From Fonticula alba ATCC 38817 (Eukaryota > Protista > Nucleariida), in assembly GCA_000388065.2 (NCBI GenBank), contig KB932214.1: a DNA stretch of 34,417 nucleotides; one strand, 5' to 3'. Shown piece after piece: positions 1 to 16,656 of this stretch (position 1 is its first letter; every line of letters begins with the position of its first letter). The notes beneath the pieces are model-generated. The model saw only the letters and a list, made by a program, of their open reading frames with translations. It was not told the origin of the DNA and did not search any database. The position numbers and the translations under genes were made by a program.

Positions 1-235
1 GGGGGAGCGGCGGGGCGGAGAGGGGGGGGAATGTGCCCGATGGCGATGGGCTGGGAGGAGGGGCGAGGGGGGGGAGCGGAGGGGAAAAAAAGGAACAGAG
101 GGCGGCGATCGATCGGGTATCATCCCCGCCAACGAAGGCAGCTCGGCTGGCTGGGTGCCTCTAAAATGTCCATCCTGTGACAAGGGCGGATCTCGGCCAA
201 CTGGCGGGGTGCCGAGGGGATGTGAGCCGGGGGCG

Positions 236-455
236 CAAGAGAGAACGAGGGAACAAGAGAGAACGAGGGAACAAGAAAGAACGAGGGAACAAGAGAGCGA
301 GAGAGAGAGAGAGAGAGAGAGAGATTGGAAGACCAGAGCACCGAAACACCAAAGCACCGAAGCACCGAAGCACCGAAGCACCGAGGTAGCGAAACAACGA
401 AACACCGAGGTAGCGAAACAACGAAACACCCAAGCACCGAGGTAGCGAAACAACG
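236..455. repeat. Compound tandem-repeat block: 18-bp unit x3 (GAGAACGAGGGAACAAGA), (GA)n, 8-bp unit (GCACCGAA)n, ~24-bp unit (CACCGAGGTAGCGAAACAACGAAA) x~3
   Basis: Units read directly from the sequence at 236-295, 297-323, 338-383 and 380-455. Confidence 0.9.
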
Positions 456-1220
456 GAACAAAAGAGGGACAGAGAGAGATCTGCCCCGGGGGCAGCGAAA
501 GTACGAGTTTTCCCCCGGGGCCCCCGGGTGCACGGGATGGGAGACTCACTTTCCCCCGCCGGCCGGGCATGCGCACGCCCGATCGCGCAGGCCGGTGCCG
601 GGCGCCGGGCCGCTCCAACAGGCCAGGGCACCGCCCCAGCGGGCAGCGGCGGCGGAGGAAAGGAAGCCGGGGCGTGTTGGCTCGGCCCCAGCCACACCCA
701 CGCGCGGTGGTTGGCCGGGGGGCAGGGGAGGGCGGGGAGCACACGCCCGGCCGTGCCCCGTTCCCCGGCCAGGCCTGGCACGCGCGTTGGCCGGGATCTG
801 GGGCGCCCCGCGAGTGAACAAGCACGCCACACACGGGCCCCGAGCACGGCCCCCCTCGCCGGGGAATATATTGGGAACAACGCGGCCGGCGTGCCAGGGC
901 CCCGCGTTTCGCGCGTAGCGCGCCCCACCCAAACACGGCGGAAAAAAGGCGGCCAAGTCGGCCGGCCGTCCTCCCGGGCCAGGACGCGGGCATTCTCTCG
1001 TGTGTGTGTGTGCGCGCGCGCGCGGGTAATGGTTCGGGGGGGGGGGGGAATGACCCGGCCCCGACAGGACGAGCTCACACGTCTTCGGCTGCCCTCCGGG
1101 CCGGCGGCGGCCCCTCCAACCGGGCAGCCGGCCCGGTGGTGATGCCGCGCAGACGCCGGGCCCCGCCGGCTGAGGTCATCTGAGCGTGTGAAGCGACTCG
1201 CGCGCGGCCCCGCAAGGGCC

Positions 1221-1312
1221 CGCCATTTGCCCGAGGCACCGGAGGCACGCACGCGTGCCGGCATCACGCCATTTGCCCGAGGCACCGGAGGCACGCACGC
1301 GTGCCGGCACCA
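1221..1312. repeat. 46-bp direct tandem duplication
   Basis: CGCCATTTGCCCGAGGCACCGGAGGCACGCACGCGTGCCGGCA(T/C)CA at 1221-1266 and 1267-1312, one mismatch. Confidence 0.95.
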
Positions 1313-2488
1313 CCGCCGGGGGGGGGGGGGCGCCGCGCACGGCCCCGGCCTGCACCGCGCGACGCGGCCGCAGCCCGGCCGGTGACAGCGGCCCGCGCGG
1401 AGCCGGCGCCCGGACCGGGCGCCCCGTGCGTGGGCCGGCCGAGGGACACGGGGCACCTCCCGGCGCACCGGCCCCCCCCCGCCAGCCCGGCTCAGGCAGG
1501 ACCCCCGACAAGCGCGGAGGGCAAGAGGAAAGGCCGGTCCGGCCAGGACCGCGCCCCGGGGCCGACCGGGCGGCGCTCGGAAAAAAGGTCGCCAGACCGG
1601 TTCCCGTGGCGGGTCACACATTGGTGCCGGGGCTCGTCGCGGGGGCCGAGAAACAAGGGGTGCGTGGGGGGCGCCGGCTGGATTGGGCCGGTGCAGGTGC
1701 ACGCGCGTCCGGGCATGTTGTGGGGTTCGCGGTCAGGCTGGCGGCCGGGGGCGGAGACGCCCCGGGGCCGCACGTGCGCGCTCGCGCTCACGCCCGTGCG
1801 CGCATCTCACACGGTACATGGCTTCCCGGTGGAAAGTGGCGCTCCCCGGCCGGGGGGCGGGGCGGGGCGGGGCACCTTCCGGCTCGCGCGCGCCAGGGCC
1901 AGGGCCAGGACCGATGATGGGCCGCCGCCGGGCGGGGGCGGCCGACGACGGGGAAGCGCGGCCGCGCCCGCGCGCGTGCCGGGGCACATATCGATGCACG
2001 CGCCCCAGGCGCGCGATCGCCCCGGCGGCCCGCACGATCGGTCGTGCCCCCCCCCCCCGTGCGCAGCCGGCCGGGGATGCATATGCGGCGCATCGGCCGC
2101 GCCCCGGGGCATGTCCGATCAGTCGACGCGCCGCTGACACCCGGCCCCCCCCCCCCCCCTCGCATGCAGATGACGCCTTCCCGGGCAGCGCGGGGACGGG
2201 AGAACTTGCTCGTCTGGGCATGGCCGGCCGCGCCCGGGGAGGCACGGCGCGCGCCGCGGGGCGCGGCCAAAGGGGCGCCGCGATATGCTATATGAGCATA
2301 CGCGCGTCGCGGGGGTGACTCGCTCCGGCCGGGCGCGTAGACCGGGCCGGCCGGGCGCCCGCCCCCCAGCGTGCCAGCACAGATCCTAAGCCCCCCCTCC
2401 CCTCCGGCGCGCGGGCGCTCGGGCACCTGCATGCTCGGGCGCCACCACCCTGTGGCGGGGCTGCGGCGGGGCTGCGGCGGGGCTGTGG

Positions 2489-3293
2489 NNNNNNNNNNNN
2501 NNNNNNNNNNNNNNNNNNNNNNNNNNNNNNNNNNNNNNNNNNNNNNNNNNNNNNNNNNNNNNNNNNNNNNNNNNNNNNNNNNNNNNNNNNNNNNNNNNNN
2601 NNNNNNNNNNNNNNNNNNNNNNNNNNNNNNNNNNNNNNNNNNNNNNNNNNNNNNNNNNNNNNNNNNNNNNNNNNNNNNNNNNNNNNNNNNNNNNNNNNNN
2701 NNNNNNNNNNNNNNNNNNNNNNNNNNNNNNNNNNNNNNNNNNNNNNNNNNNNNNNNNNNNNNNNNNNNNNNNNNNNNNNNNNNNNNNNNNNNNNNNNNNN
2801 NNNNNNNNNNNNNNNNNNNNNNNNNNNNNNNNNNNNNNNNNNNNNNNNNNNNNNNNNNNNNNNNNNNNNNNNNNNNNNNNNNNNNNNNNNNNNNNNNNNN
2901 NNNNNNNNNNNNNNNNNNNNNNNNNNNNNNNNNNNNNNNNNNNNNNNNNNNNNNNNNNNNNNNNNNNNNNNNNNNNNNNNNNNNNNNNNNNNNNNNNNNN
3001 NNNNNNNNNNNNNNNNNNNNNNNNNNNNNNNNNNNNNNNNNNNNNNNNNNNNNNNNNNNNNNNNNNNNNNNNNNNNNNNNNNNNNNNNNNNNNNNNNNNN
3101 NNNNNNNNNNNNNNNNNNNNNNNNNNNNNNNNNNNNNNNNNNNNNNNNNNNNNNNNNNNNNNNNNNNNNNNNNNNNNNNNNNNNNNNNNNNNNNNNNNNN
3201 NNNNNNNNNNNNNNNNNNNNNNNNNNNNNNNNNNNNNNNNNNNNNNNNNNNNNNNNNNNNNNNNNNNNNNNNNNNNNNNNNNNNNNNNNNNNN
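2489..3293. other. Assembly gap (805 N)
   Basis: Run of N followed by a poly-C tract. Confidence 1.
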
Positions 3294-3328
3294 CCCCCCC
3301 CCCCCCCCCCCGCCTCCATCGCCGACAC

Positions 3329-9046
<5,718 letters not shown>

Positions 9047-9252
9047 CCAGGCACGGCCCAGGGCCGGGGGGAGGCAGGGAGGTCCGCGCACTCGCGATTT
9101 CCTCCCCCACCCCCGGCGTGTGCGGTGGTCTTGCCGCTGGCCCGCCGCGATACATGGCCGCCCGCCGGCCCGCAATGCACATTGAAGAAAGGGAAGGACA
9201 AACAGCCCCAGAGGGGGGGAGGGAGGTGGAGTATTCGAAGCGGGGCCATCGG

Positions 9253-9631
9253 TCAATTGTACTCGTCGCCACGCCCGCCGGGGTTCTGGTCAAGCAGGGC
9301 CTTGAGCGCCGTCACGGCGGCCACCCGGTCAGCCTCCTCGGTTGGGACGGTCCCCTCGCCGGCCACAAAGTCCAGCCACCGGTGCGAGAAGGAGGCCGTC
9401 GAGCTGGCCGACCGGTTGTTGTGTCTCCGCAGGGCTCCGGTCACGGCGTCCATCTTCTCTGATGTCTGAACGAGGAGCTGTGTGTGTGTGTGTGTGTGCG
9501 GGGCGGAGAGTCAGCAGGAGACCGGACGGGGGGCACCAGGGCGGAAGGGAAAGGCAGACGGCCCGAGCGCGTACGGCGGCGAGTTCGGCGACCAGCGCGT
9601 CGCGCTCATGCTCGAAGGTGGGGCTTGGCAT
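9253..9631 (-). CDS. DAD1: Small 2-exon protein (93 aa), DASH/Dam1 complex subunit Dad1-like
   Basis: Exon 1 9631-9575, intron GTACGC...CACACAG 9574-9478, exon 2 9477-9253. Product MPSPTFEHERDALVAELAALLVQTSEKMDAVTGALRRHNNRSASSTASFSHRWLDFVAGEG... resembles the recalled Dad1 pattern FE.eR..Li.Eia..le.v...l..Ln..L.....vg..f.sVs.lW..F. The gene model is well supported; the family call is moderate. Confidence 0.6.
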
Positions 9632-10156
9632 GCTTGTCTTCGTTCTCCCGACTCGGAAGAGGCAAAACGTGTTTGAGGGGGGGGGGGCGTTATGGGAGAG
9701 GAAAGAGCGAGAGATGGTAGGAGGTGGAGAAGGTGAGCTGCCCGGGGTGTGGTCGGCACGCCGGCCCAAGTGCACCTCGGTCAGCCCCCGCCCCTCGGGC
9801 CCCGTGTCGCGCCCGAAAGCCGGTGGGCAAACAGGCCGCCCCGCGCAGACGCACGGGCCGGAGCGCGCCCGGGATCCGTTGGCACATCGCGACCCCACGC
9901 GCCCGATCGCGCCCGGGCCCGCCCGCTCGCTTTAAGCCGGCCCCCACCCNNNNNNNNNNNNNNNNNNNNNNNNNNNNNNNNNNNNNNNNNNNNNNNNNNN
10001 NNNNNNNNNNNNNNNNNNNNNNNNNNNNNNNNNNNNNNNNNNNNNNNNNNNNNNNNNNNNGGACCGCCCTGTCGTTGCACCGGGAGAAAAGGCACCCCCC
10101 TCCCCTCTCTCCTCTCGCCCTCTTTCTCCTCTCGTCACATTGGTGTCCCGACCGCC
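9632..10156. promoter_or_regulatory. Putative bidirectional promoter (Dad1-like / LRR gene)
   Basis: 525-nt head-to-head interval between ATG 9631(-) and ATG 10157(+); includes TTTAAG at ~9931 and an N-gap. Confidence 0.5.
9950..10060. other. Assembly gap (111 N)
   Basis: Run of N. Confidence 1.
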
Positions 10157-12247
10157 ATGCGCGCTGATGTGGCGGCCCGGCAGGGGTGTCTGCGTCCGCT
10201 GGCCACCCTCGACCAGCTCCTCGGCCACACTGGGCACCTGCTGCCGGGTGAGCTGCGGCCGCCGGGGGTCTGCGCCCCGGCGGCGCCCCGGCGGCGGCCG
10301 GCCCAAACTTCGCGCACGCTGCTCGACGGGCTGTTTGATGCGCTGGTCCATCGGTTTTGCCCGCTGCTGGAGCGTCTCGGGCAGCCATCTCGCTCGAGGC
10401 GCTTCCTGCTGGGGGTCTTGCGGCTGCCGGCCGGGCCGGCCGACGGCTCGCTGGCCTCACTGATGCTGGACCTTGCGCTGGAGCTCCCTCCCCACTTGAC
10501 CACCGGGCTGTACTTGCACACGGTGGGCTACCTCCTGGCCACGGTGGGTCGGCTGCTGGGCCTGGCCCAGGTGGCGGCCGATGGGGCCCGGCTCATAGGC
10601 GACCCGTCGGACCTGCACACCCCACGGCTGGAGGGCCTGCCGGTGGATGTCTTCCACCTGCATGCCCGGTACTCCCTGCGCAAGGGCCGCGTGCATGTCC
10701 TTCTGCCGGCCCTCGAGGCGCTGGCCGCGCCGCGATCCGAGGCGCAGCCCGCCCCGGCCGGTAGCTCGCGCTCTGCCAGCCGGGTTTTCATCCCCGGCGA
10801 GGCTGGCAGTCGGGTGGTTGTCATGTCGCCGGCGGACTTGTCCAGCCGCCGGGCAGGCCCCGGGCCATGGCAGGACCCCGGAGGCTCGCCCCCCGCCGGG
10901 AGATCGGCCACAGCCAAGGGCACGGCCACGGCCCTGGGCACGGCCAGCCCGGGGCCCACCACCGAGCACATCCCCCTGGAGCGCCTCTTCCAAGTCCTGG
11001 CGCCGGCGCTGGTGACCGCGCTGGAGGCCTTCGCCCTGGTGGCTCGGTGGCAGGGGACCACCGAGGGGTCGGGGTTTTGTGTGTGGCTGCACCCGGCCCG
11101 CCTGCCGCTCCTGTGCCAATGGAGCCCCCCGGCCGGGCCGATGCTCCGTACGCCGGTGGCCGTGCGTGCGGCCAATTTGGCGGCCCTCTCGCTGGCAGCC
11201 CCCGGGCCCGGATCGGCCATTGAGGTTGACAGCCGGATGCTGCTCATCGCCCTGTCCGGATGTGTGGGGCTGGTGACTCTGGATTTGGCCGGGGCCCGGG
11301 GCATCGGGCCGGACTTTTTGGAATCCCTTGGCGCGCCCTTCCGCCGGGAATCGGCCCTCCCCCCGGGCCCCGGGAGCATGCTGCTCTTTGGCTCGCGCCT
11401 GCGGCGCTTGGGCCTCGGGAGCTGCCCGGAACTCCAGGCCGCGGCGCTGCCCGGGCGCTGCATCGACAGTCTCCTCGCCCTGCCGGCCATCGAGGCCATC
11501 GACCTCTTTGGGGTATCGCTCCCCCGGGCGCTGGGCATGGTGCTCGGTCTGGGGGATGTCACTCCGCCGGCTGGCCCTGGCCCTGGCCCGGCCCAGCCAT
11601 CGGCAAGTCCCCCGCCGCCTGGCCCATCCCCGGGATCCATCGGGGCAAGCATCTTCACAGCCCTGTCCGGCGTGCCGAGCAGTACCGGCGCCCCGGCCGC
11701 CATCCGCGCGGCCACTCGGTCAAGGCGTGCCCCTCGGCCGGCGTCCGGTTCCGGCATCCTGGACACCCTGCTGGAGGGGCCCCGGGCCCTTTCCCCGCTG
11801 GCCGGCCGGGCCGCCAAGCGCCCTGCCCCGCTCGATGCCGAGGCCCTCGCTCGCAAGCAGCCCCGACCCGACCCCTGGGTGGCTCGACTCCAGCGGAACT
11901 TCCGTCTTCGGCTGCTCCCGCCACGGGTGGAGTATACGGCCGACATGCACCAGATGGCCCGCAGTCTGCGCAACCCGGCGCCCGGGCCGCCAGTGCATCT
12001 ATGGGACACGCGCCTCCTGAGTGCGGCCTTCGGGGAGTTCACCTGCCTGGCGGCGGAGGCCAATTCCGGCGCCGACCTCGGTCGGGCGTTGGATCGCATG
12101 GGCCACGAGCTTGGTCGGATTTCCGCCGGCGCGGCCTTCCACCGGTACTGCGCTGAGCCTGGCTCCCCCGAGGTAGCCTCATTCTCCATAAAGCGCCAGT
12201 GGCTTCTGGTGAAAAGGTGCTCGGTCTCCGGCAGACCAGGGAGGTGA
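10157..12247 (+). CDS. Intronless ~696-aa protein with degenerate RNI-like leucine-rich repeats, possibly LRRC42-like
   Basis: ATG in CCGCCATG context and a continuous Leu-rich ORF. LRR-like segments LVTLDLAG, LRRLGLGSCPEL, IEAIDLFGVSL. Weak recalled similarity to LRRC42. Confidence 0.7.
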   Translation: MRADVAARQGCLRPLATLDQLLGHTGHLLPGELRPPGVCAPAAPRRRPAQTSRTLLDGLFDALVHRFCPLLERLGQPSRSRRFLLGVLRLPAGPADGSLASLMLDLALELPPHLTTGLYLHTVGYLLATVGRLLGLAQVAADGARLIGDPSDLHTPRLEGLPVDVFHLHARYSLRKGRVHVLLPALEALAAPRSEAQPAPAGSSRSASRVFIPGEAGSRVVVMSPADLSSRRAGPGPWQDPGGSPPAGRSATAKGTATALGTASPGPTTEHIPLERLFQVLAPALVTALEAFALVARWQGTTEGSGFCVWLHPARLPLLCQWSPPAGPMLRTPVAVRAANLAALSLAAPGPGSAIEVDSRMLLIALSGCVGLVTLDLAGARGIGPDFLESLGAPFRRESALPPGPGSMLLFGSRLRRLGLGSCPELQAAALPGRCIDSLLALPAIEAIDLFGVSLPRALGMVLGLGDVTPPAGPGPGPAQPSASPPPPGPSPGSIGASIFTALSGVPSSTGAPAAIRAATRSRRAPRPASGSGILDTLLEGPRALSPLAGRAAKRPAPLDAEALARKQPRPDPWVARLQRNFRLRLLPPRVEYTADMHQMARSLRNPAPGPPVHLWDTRLLSAAFGEFTCLAAEANSGADLGRALDRMGHELGRISAGAAFHRYCAEPGSPEVASFSIKRQWLLVKRCSVSGRPGR

Positions 12248-12390
12248 AATGCATGCTCCCGCCTTTTGCCTGCTCCCCTGGCGTGCGCGCTTCCCCCCTT
12301 CTTCTTCCCTCCCCGCCATCCCTCGCTCCTGGTGCATCTGGGTTTCGCCTTTTCATGTCAAGGGGCTCTATCTTATCTATTGGGAGAGGT

Positions 12391-12574
12391 CTATGCGCGC
12401 GGGTCGCGTCGGCGGTTTGGTTTGGGCGGGTACTTTGTCCGGGGACCGGTGTTTGAGGCCGGAGCAAAGATGATGCCCTGGGCGAGGGCCGGAGAGCAGT
12501 GCACACGTAGCGGTTAGGCATTGGCCAGCTGACATGAAAGGGGGGAGGGGGAGAGGGAAAAAATATGCGATGTG

Positions 12575-12625
<51 letters not shown>

Positions 12626-15600
12626 ATGTGTGTGTGCATGTGTGTGTGCATGTGTGTGTGCATGGGTGCCTATGTGCACGTTTGTGCGCGTGTGTGGCAG
12701 AGGGACGGGGCGCCGCGCACATTCTGGTCCAAAAACTGGGTGAGCTGCTTCGGAGTGCAGGTGACATACTGGCGAACCAAGTCGTGGACGACGGCAAATT
12801 CAAGCGGCTGAGACACGACGCAGCGTCAGAAAGCCGCACAGCCACAGGCAGACATCCATGCCGGCAGGGACGCACCTTGAATGTGATAATTTGGTTGTAA
12901 ATGTCGGGCGAGTTGCGCAGCAGATAGTGCAGCATGTCGTCCGTGGCCTGGGGGAGGGTGGTAGTCGACGGGGCTGGCGAGGGGGGCGCGGCGGCCAGCG
13001 ACGTTGAAGAGGATGGCGACCGGCTGCTGGGTTCACTGGAGGGGGAGGGTTTCAGCGAGGAGCGAGGTGACCGACGAGGAGGCGGGGAGAGGCGCACCGG
13101 ATCGCCGTCCATGAAGAAGTCGTCGTAGTCGTCGAACACCGAGCTGATCAGGGAGGAGGACAGGGACTGGCCGCTACCGAAGGAGGGTTGGTCCAGGGGC
13201 TGATCCAGGGGCTGATCGAAGGGCGGCGAGGAGTCGGGCGGCGCCGGCAACGAAGCAGCGGCTGGCTCGGTGGCTGCCTCCGGGGGAGAGGCGTTGGTGG
13301 GCTGGTCGGCCGGCGCCCCGGGCGCTGGGGGACCAACCGACGGCGAGTCGCCCCGCTGGAAGCGCCAAATGGCCACAAGCTGCTGCAAGACGCGGCCTTT
13401 GGACAGGCCCTTGAATCGGATCCCATACTGCGCACAGAGCTCTTGCAACTCGTGGTCGGCGAAGGTCTTGTACCGCGGTGTCGGCGGGACAAGGCGCCGG
13501 AGCGGGGCCACCGGGGTAGCCGGGGCGTCCGCCAATGGATGGCCCTCCCGAGGGCCACCAGGATGAATGCGCGGGGGGCTGGCCGGCGCGGCGGGGACCC
13601 TAAAGGGGAGCTCCTCCTCCCAAGGTGTTTGGGAAGAGGGTGCTTCGGCAGGGACTCCAGCCGGCCGGGTGGTCCTGGTCGGGAGAGACTCCAGAGCAGA
13701 TGCCATGGCGGGAGCATGGCTACATGGAACAGATTCCGGCGGATTGCCCGGGGGCGAGAGGGCCGTGGGCGCCTCGGTGAGGGGCCGAACTCGAGGGGGC
13801 CGATCGGTCGAGGCGGCCCGGAGCTCCGCCAAAGAGGTCTGACTGTCGTGGATGAACTGCAAGTGCTCAAGGTCGAGTGGGTCATCGGACTCAAAGAGCA
13901 GATCATCATGCAGGGCATCAAACGCCGTGGGATGTTGGACATCCGGCAGGGGAGCGGCCATGCTGGCCATCGAGGGGGCGATCTCCTCCACGGGCAGCGC
14001 CAGTGTCGAAGGGGAGGGTGAAGAGGGGGAGGATGCGGACGGGGAGGAGGGGGATGATGAGGGTTCTGGGGTCGGTGACATCCCGGCGCTAGTCCCGGCG
14101 GGAGGTGCCATATCGCGCCCGAGCACCATGCCGTCCAGTGGGGGGACCACGGCGGAGGACAGGGGTGGCCGAGTGGCGGAGGGCCGGGATGCGGGGGTCT
14201 CAGCGCGTGGCAGGGCGACAGCGTCCAGGCCGCCGAGGAAGGACGCCGGCAGGGGGTAGGCCTCGCGCCACGCACCATCCTCCATTCCTTCGGCGAAGTT
14301 CAGGAAGGAGGCCGGGTGATAGAGGAAGCGCCCCAGCTCGCGCACCTGGCTCTCATACTCGGTGATGGCGTCGGACAGCGCATAGTGCAGGCGCCGTTGG
14401 AAATGCCAGATGCTGGCGGAAATGTAGCCGCGGAGCTGCTCGGCCGAGGGGACTTGCCCATCACTCCCGGGCAGTGGCTGCGGCAGGAGGAAAGGGCACG
14501 GAGCCGGGGGCGGGGCTTCCCCTCGGACAAAGGGCGCCAAGTCCGGGATGCAGTAGGGAGGGTGGCTGGCATCCGGCACAGTCGGCCCGAGGGAGTTGGG
14601 GCCGGCGCGCGCCAGCTGAGCCAGGCGCGAGGGGGGCCAGTCGGCCGGCGGGCGAGGGCCCAAGGGAGGCAAATCGACCGGCGCCCGGGACTGGCGCCCG
14701 AGGGCCGAGAAGGAAGGCGCCCGAGACCACACGACACTCGGCAGGGGAGCCGCCACGAGCGGTCGCGAGGGCCCGGCCCGACAGCACAAAACCCGGGACT
14801 TGGCGCAGAGGCCGAATCCCGGGGCTCGGCCGACGCGGCCGTCGGTATGGAGCCGCGCCAGGAGTCGCGCCTCGCTCGGCGAGATGCCCAAGCGCCGGCC
14901 AGCCAACAGGCCGGGCCTTGCCCGGAAGGAGCGGCGCTCTATGTTGCGGGGAATATGTGTAAGCTGCGAGACGGGGGGTGGCGGGGAGAGAGAGAGAGAG
15001 AGAGAGAGAGCACAGGCGAGGGGGGAAAGGGGCAGGCGGGAGGCAACAGGGGCGGACCTTCAGTTTCGCGGGAACTGGTAATCGCACTGTCCGAGAGGGC
15101 AGCACGGAGATTGCTGTTTTCCTGATCGACGAGGAGTTGAGTGCGCAGGGCGCCGGCCAGGGGCCCAGCAGCTCGCGCCCGGCGGCCGCGACCCCGGCCA
15201 ATGGACACTCCGCCCGACCGTGCCATGAAGTCGGAAACCCAGTCCAGGGTCGATTGGACGAGCTGCTCGGGCGACGCGGCGTCCGGGGTGTCAACGAAAT
15301 CCGCGGCGTCGGCCGAGAGGGGAGCCACCTGCGCGAGGATCGCCCGGCCAAGGGAGGTGCCGGCCTGAGGGCAGGCCGAGGTTGCCAGATGTGTCCTCAG
15401 GCTGCCGGGTTCCAGTGGCTGGCAGCAGAGGAGGCACTCCTCACGCGTGCCAGCAGAGGCAGGCACCGGGGAAGAAGGGCATGCGGCGGCGATGGGCTGT
15501 CGCCCCGGACGGGAGGGAGACACATGTGGCGAGGCATTCAGCCCGCAGGAGGAGGCATGGGCCTCGATTTGCCCTTGGGGAAAGTCTCGCGCGCAAATCG

Positions 15601-15646
15601 GACAAGCAATCTGACCATCGCCACTTCCGCCAGGGGCTGCCGGCAT
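12391..15646 (-). CDS. SLX4: SLX4 structure-specific nuclease scaffold (FANCP/BTBD12 homolog)
   Basis: N-terminal UBZ4-type finger CPICARDFPQGQIEAHASSC and a second C2HC finger CLLC..HLATSAC; SAP-like PRYKTFADHELQELCAQYGIR..SKGRVLQQLVAIWRF; SLX1-binding domain TDDMLHYLLRNSPDIYNQIITFK|PLEFAVVHDLVRQ..KQLTQFLDQN|GIIFA after removing introns 12875-12808 and 12720-12478. First intron 15057-14964; a further frame-switching intron lies around 14730-14480. Confidence 0.88.
12566..12665. repeat. (TG)n/(CA)n microsatellite with TGCATG variants in the last SLX4 intron
   Basis: Read directly. Confidence 0.95.
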
Positions 15647-16038
15647 ACTTTCTCGCAGGTCAAAGGAAGGGAGAGTCGGGGAGGGGGAAAGAAGGGGGGC
15701 GGGGGGCAGGTGGGGGGAATAATAAACGAAAAAGAAAAAACGATTGCCAAAAACCAAAGATGAGGAGGAGCAAGGTGCCGTGCCCCCCCCCCCCCCCCCC
15801 CCGCCCCGGGCGGGATATGGCGAAATGATCGTGGTTGAAAAAGGGCGCTGGGCAATGGCGCTCCCATCCACGTGACCATTGACCGGACTTGACCGCCCGT
15901 TTTAGGTGCCTATTTAAGCGTGTCGACCGTGGGCGGCTTCATCGGTGGCAGCTCATCGTCATTTTTTCCTCGCATACCCCGTTCCCCTCTCTTTCTCCCA
16001 GTTTTTGTTGCTCCCCTCCCTTCTGCAACCAATCCAAC
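15647..16038. promoter_or_regulatory. Putative bidirectional promoter (SLX4 / IF1)
   Basis: 392-nt head-to-head interval; TATTTAA at ~15910, CCAAT/ATTGG-type motifs, poly-C at ~15783-15802. Confidence 0.55.
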
Positions 16039-16641
16039 ATGTTCCGTCAGGCCGTCACCTCTCTCTTCCGCAGCCCGGTCGTCCGCCGTGGCGAGGGCGA
16101 TGTTATTCGCGGCAGCCAGTCCTTCAAGCAGAAGCAGAAGGCCGTCGAGGACCAGTGGATCCGCCAAAAGGTGCGTGCATGCTGATGGTGGGGCGGGAGC
16201 GAGGGGAGCGAGGCATGATGGCCCCTTGTGGACCGCTTGTGCAAGGGTGGCGGGCGTCGCACCTCTCTCCTCGGGCCTGGGAGATGGAGGCGGCTGCCCT
16301 TGAGGCTGGCACAGGCGGTGGGGGGGCAGTGATGGGAAAATTGAATTTCGCATGCTTCCTGCCTTCCACACGCCCACACACACACACACACCGTATGTGT
16401 GCGCACCACACACACGCGGACACGCACGACCTTTGCTGATTTGGCGTATCTATTTGATGATGTGAAAATGGGCACACGCCTGGGATGTGTGGTGGTGACG
16501 GTGATGACGGCGGCGGCGGCGGCGGCCGATATGCAGGAGGCCGAGGCCCTTGAGCGTCTGGCACAGCGTCTCCCGAACAAGGCCAAGCAGACGAAGAACG
16601 GCCTGCCGAACACCGGCAAGAAGATCAACGAGCGGAAGTAA
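16039..16641 (+). CDS. ATPIF1: Mitochondrial F1Fo-ATPase inhibitor IF1 (Inh1/ATPIF1), 2 exons, 78 aa
   Basis: Exon 1 16039-16170, intron GTGCGT...ATGCAG 16171-16536, exon 2 16537-16641. Presequence-like MFRQAVTSLFRSPVVRR, then GEGDVIRGSQSFKQKQKAVEDQWIRQKEAEALERL, matching the IF1 pattern G.G..R....F.KrE.A.Ed.y.Rq.e.EqL..L. Confidence 0.85.
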
Positions 16642-16656
16642 AGAGCCGCATGTTGC

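Noticed and set aside
155-200. CPSC zinc-knuckle-like motif in ORF 155-445
   Set aside because: GTG start, a single CxxC and the rest is repeat translation.
236-455. CRISPR-like or telomeric array
   Set aside because: Units abut without unique spacers, the context is eukaryotic, and there is no TTAGGG-type motif; it is a simple compound tandem repeat.
120-2432. Many long overlapping ORFs (for example 161-1702, 1301-2137)
   Set aside because: Arg/Pro/Gly/Ala-rich translations in all six frames are expected from very high GC and scarce stops; no domain motifs or coding bias.
10528-12189. 553-aa antisense ORF, and similar shadows at 22839-23381 and 23462-24712
   Set aside because: Antisense shadows of real GC-rich coding sequence, with no independent motifs.
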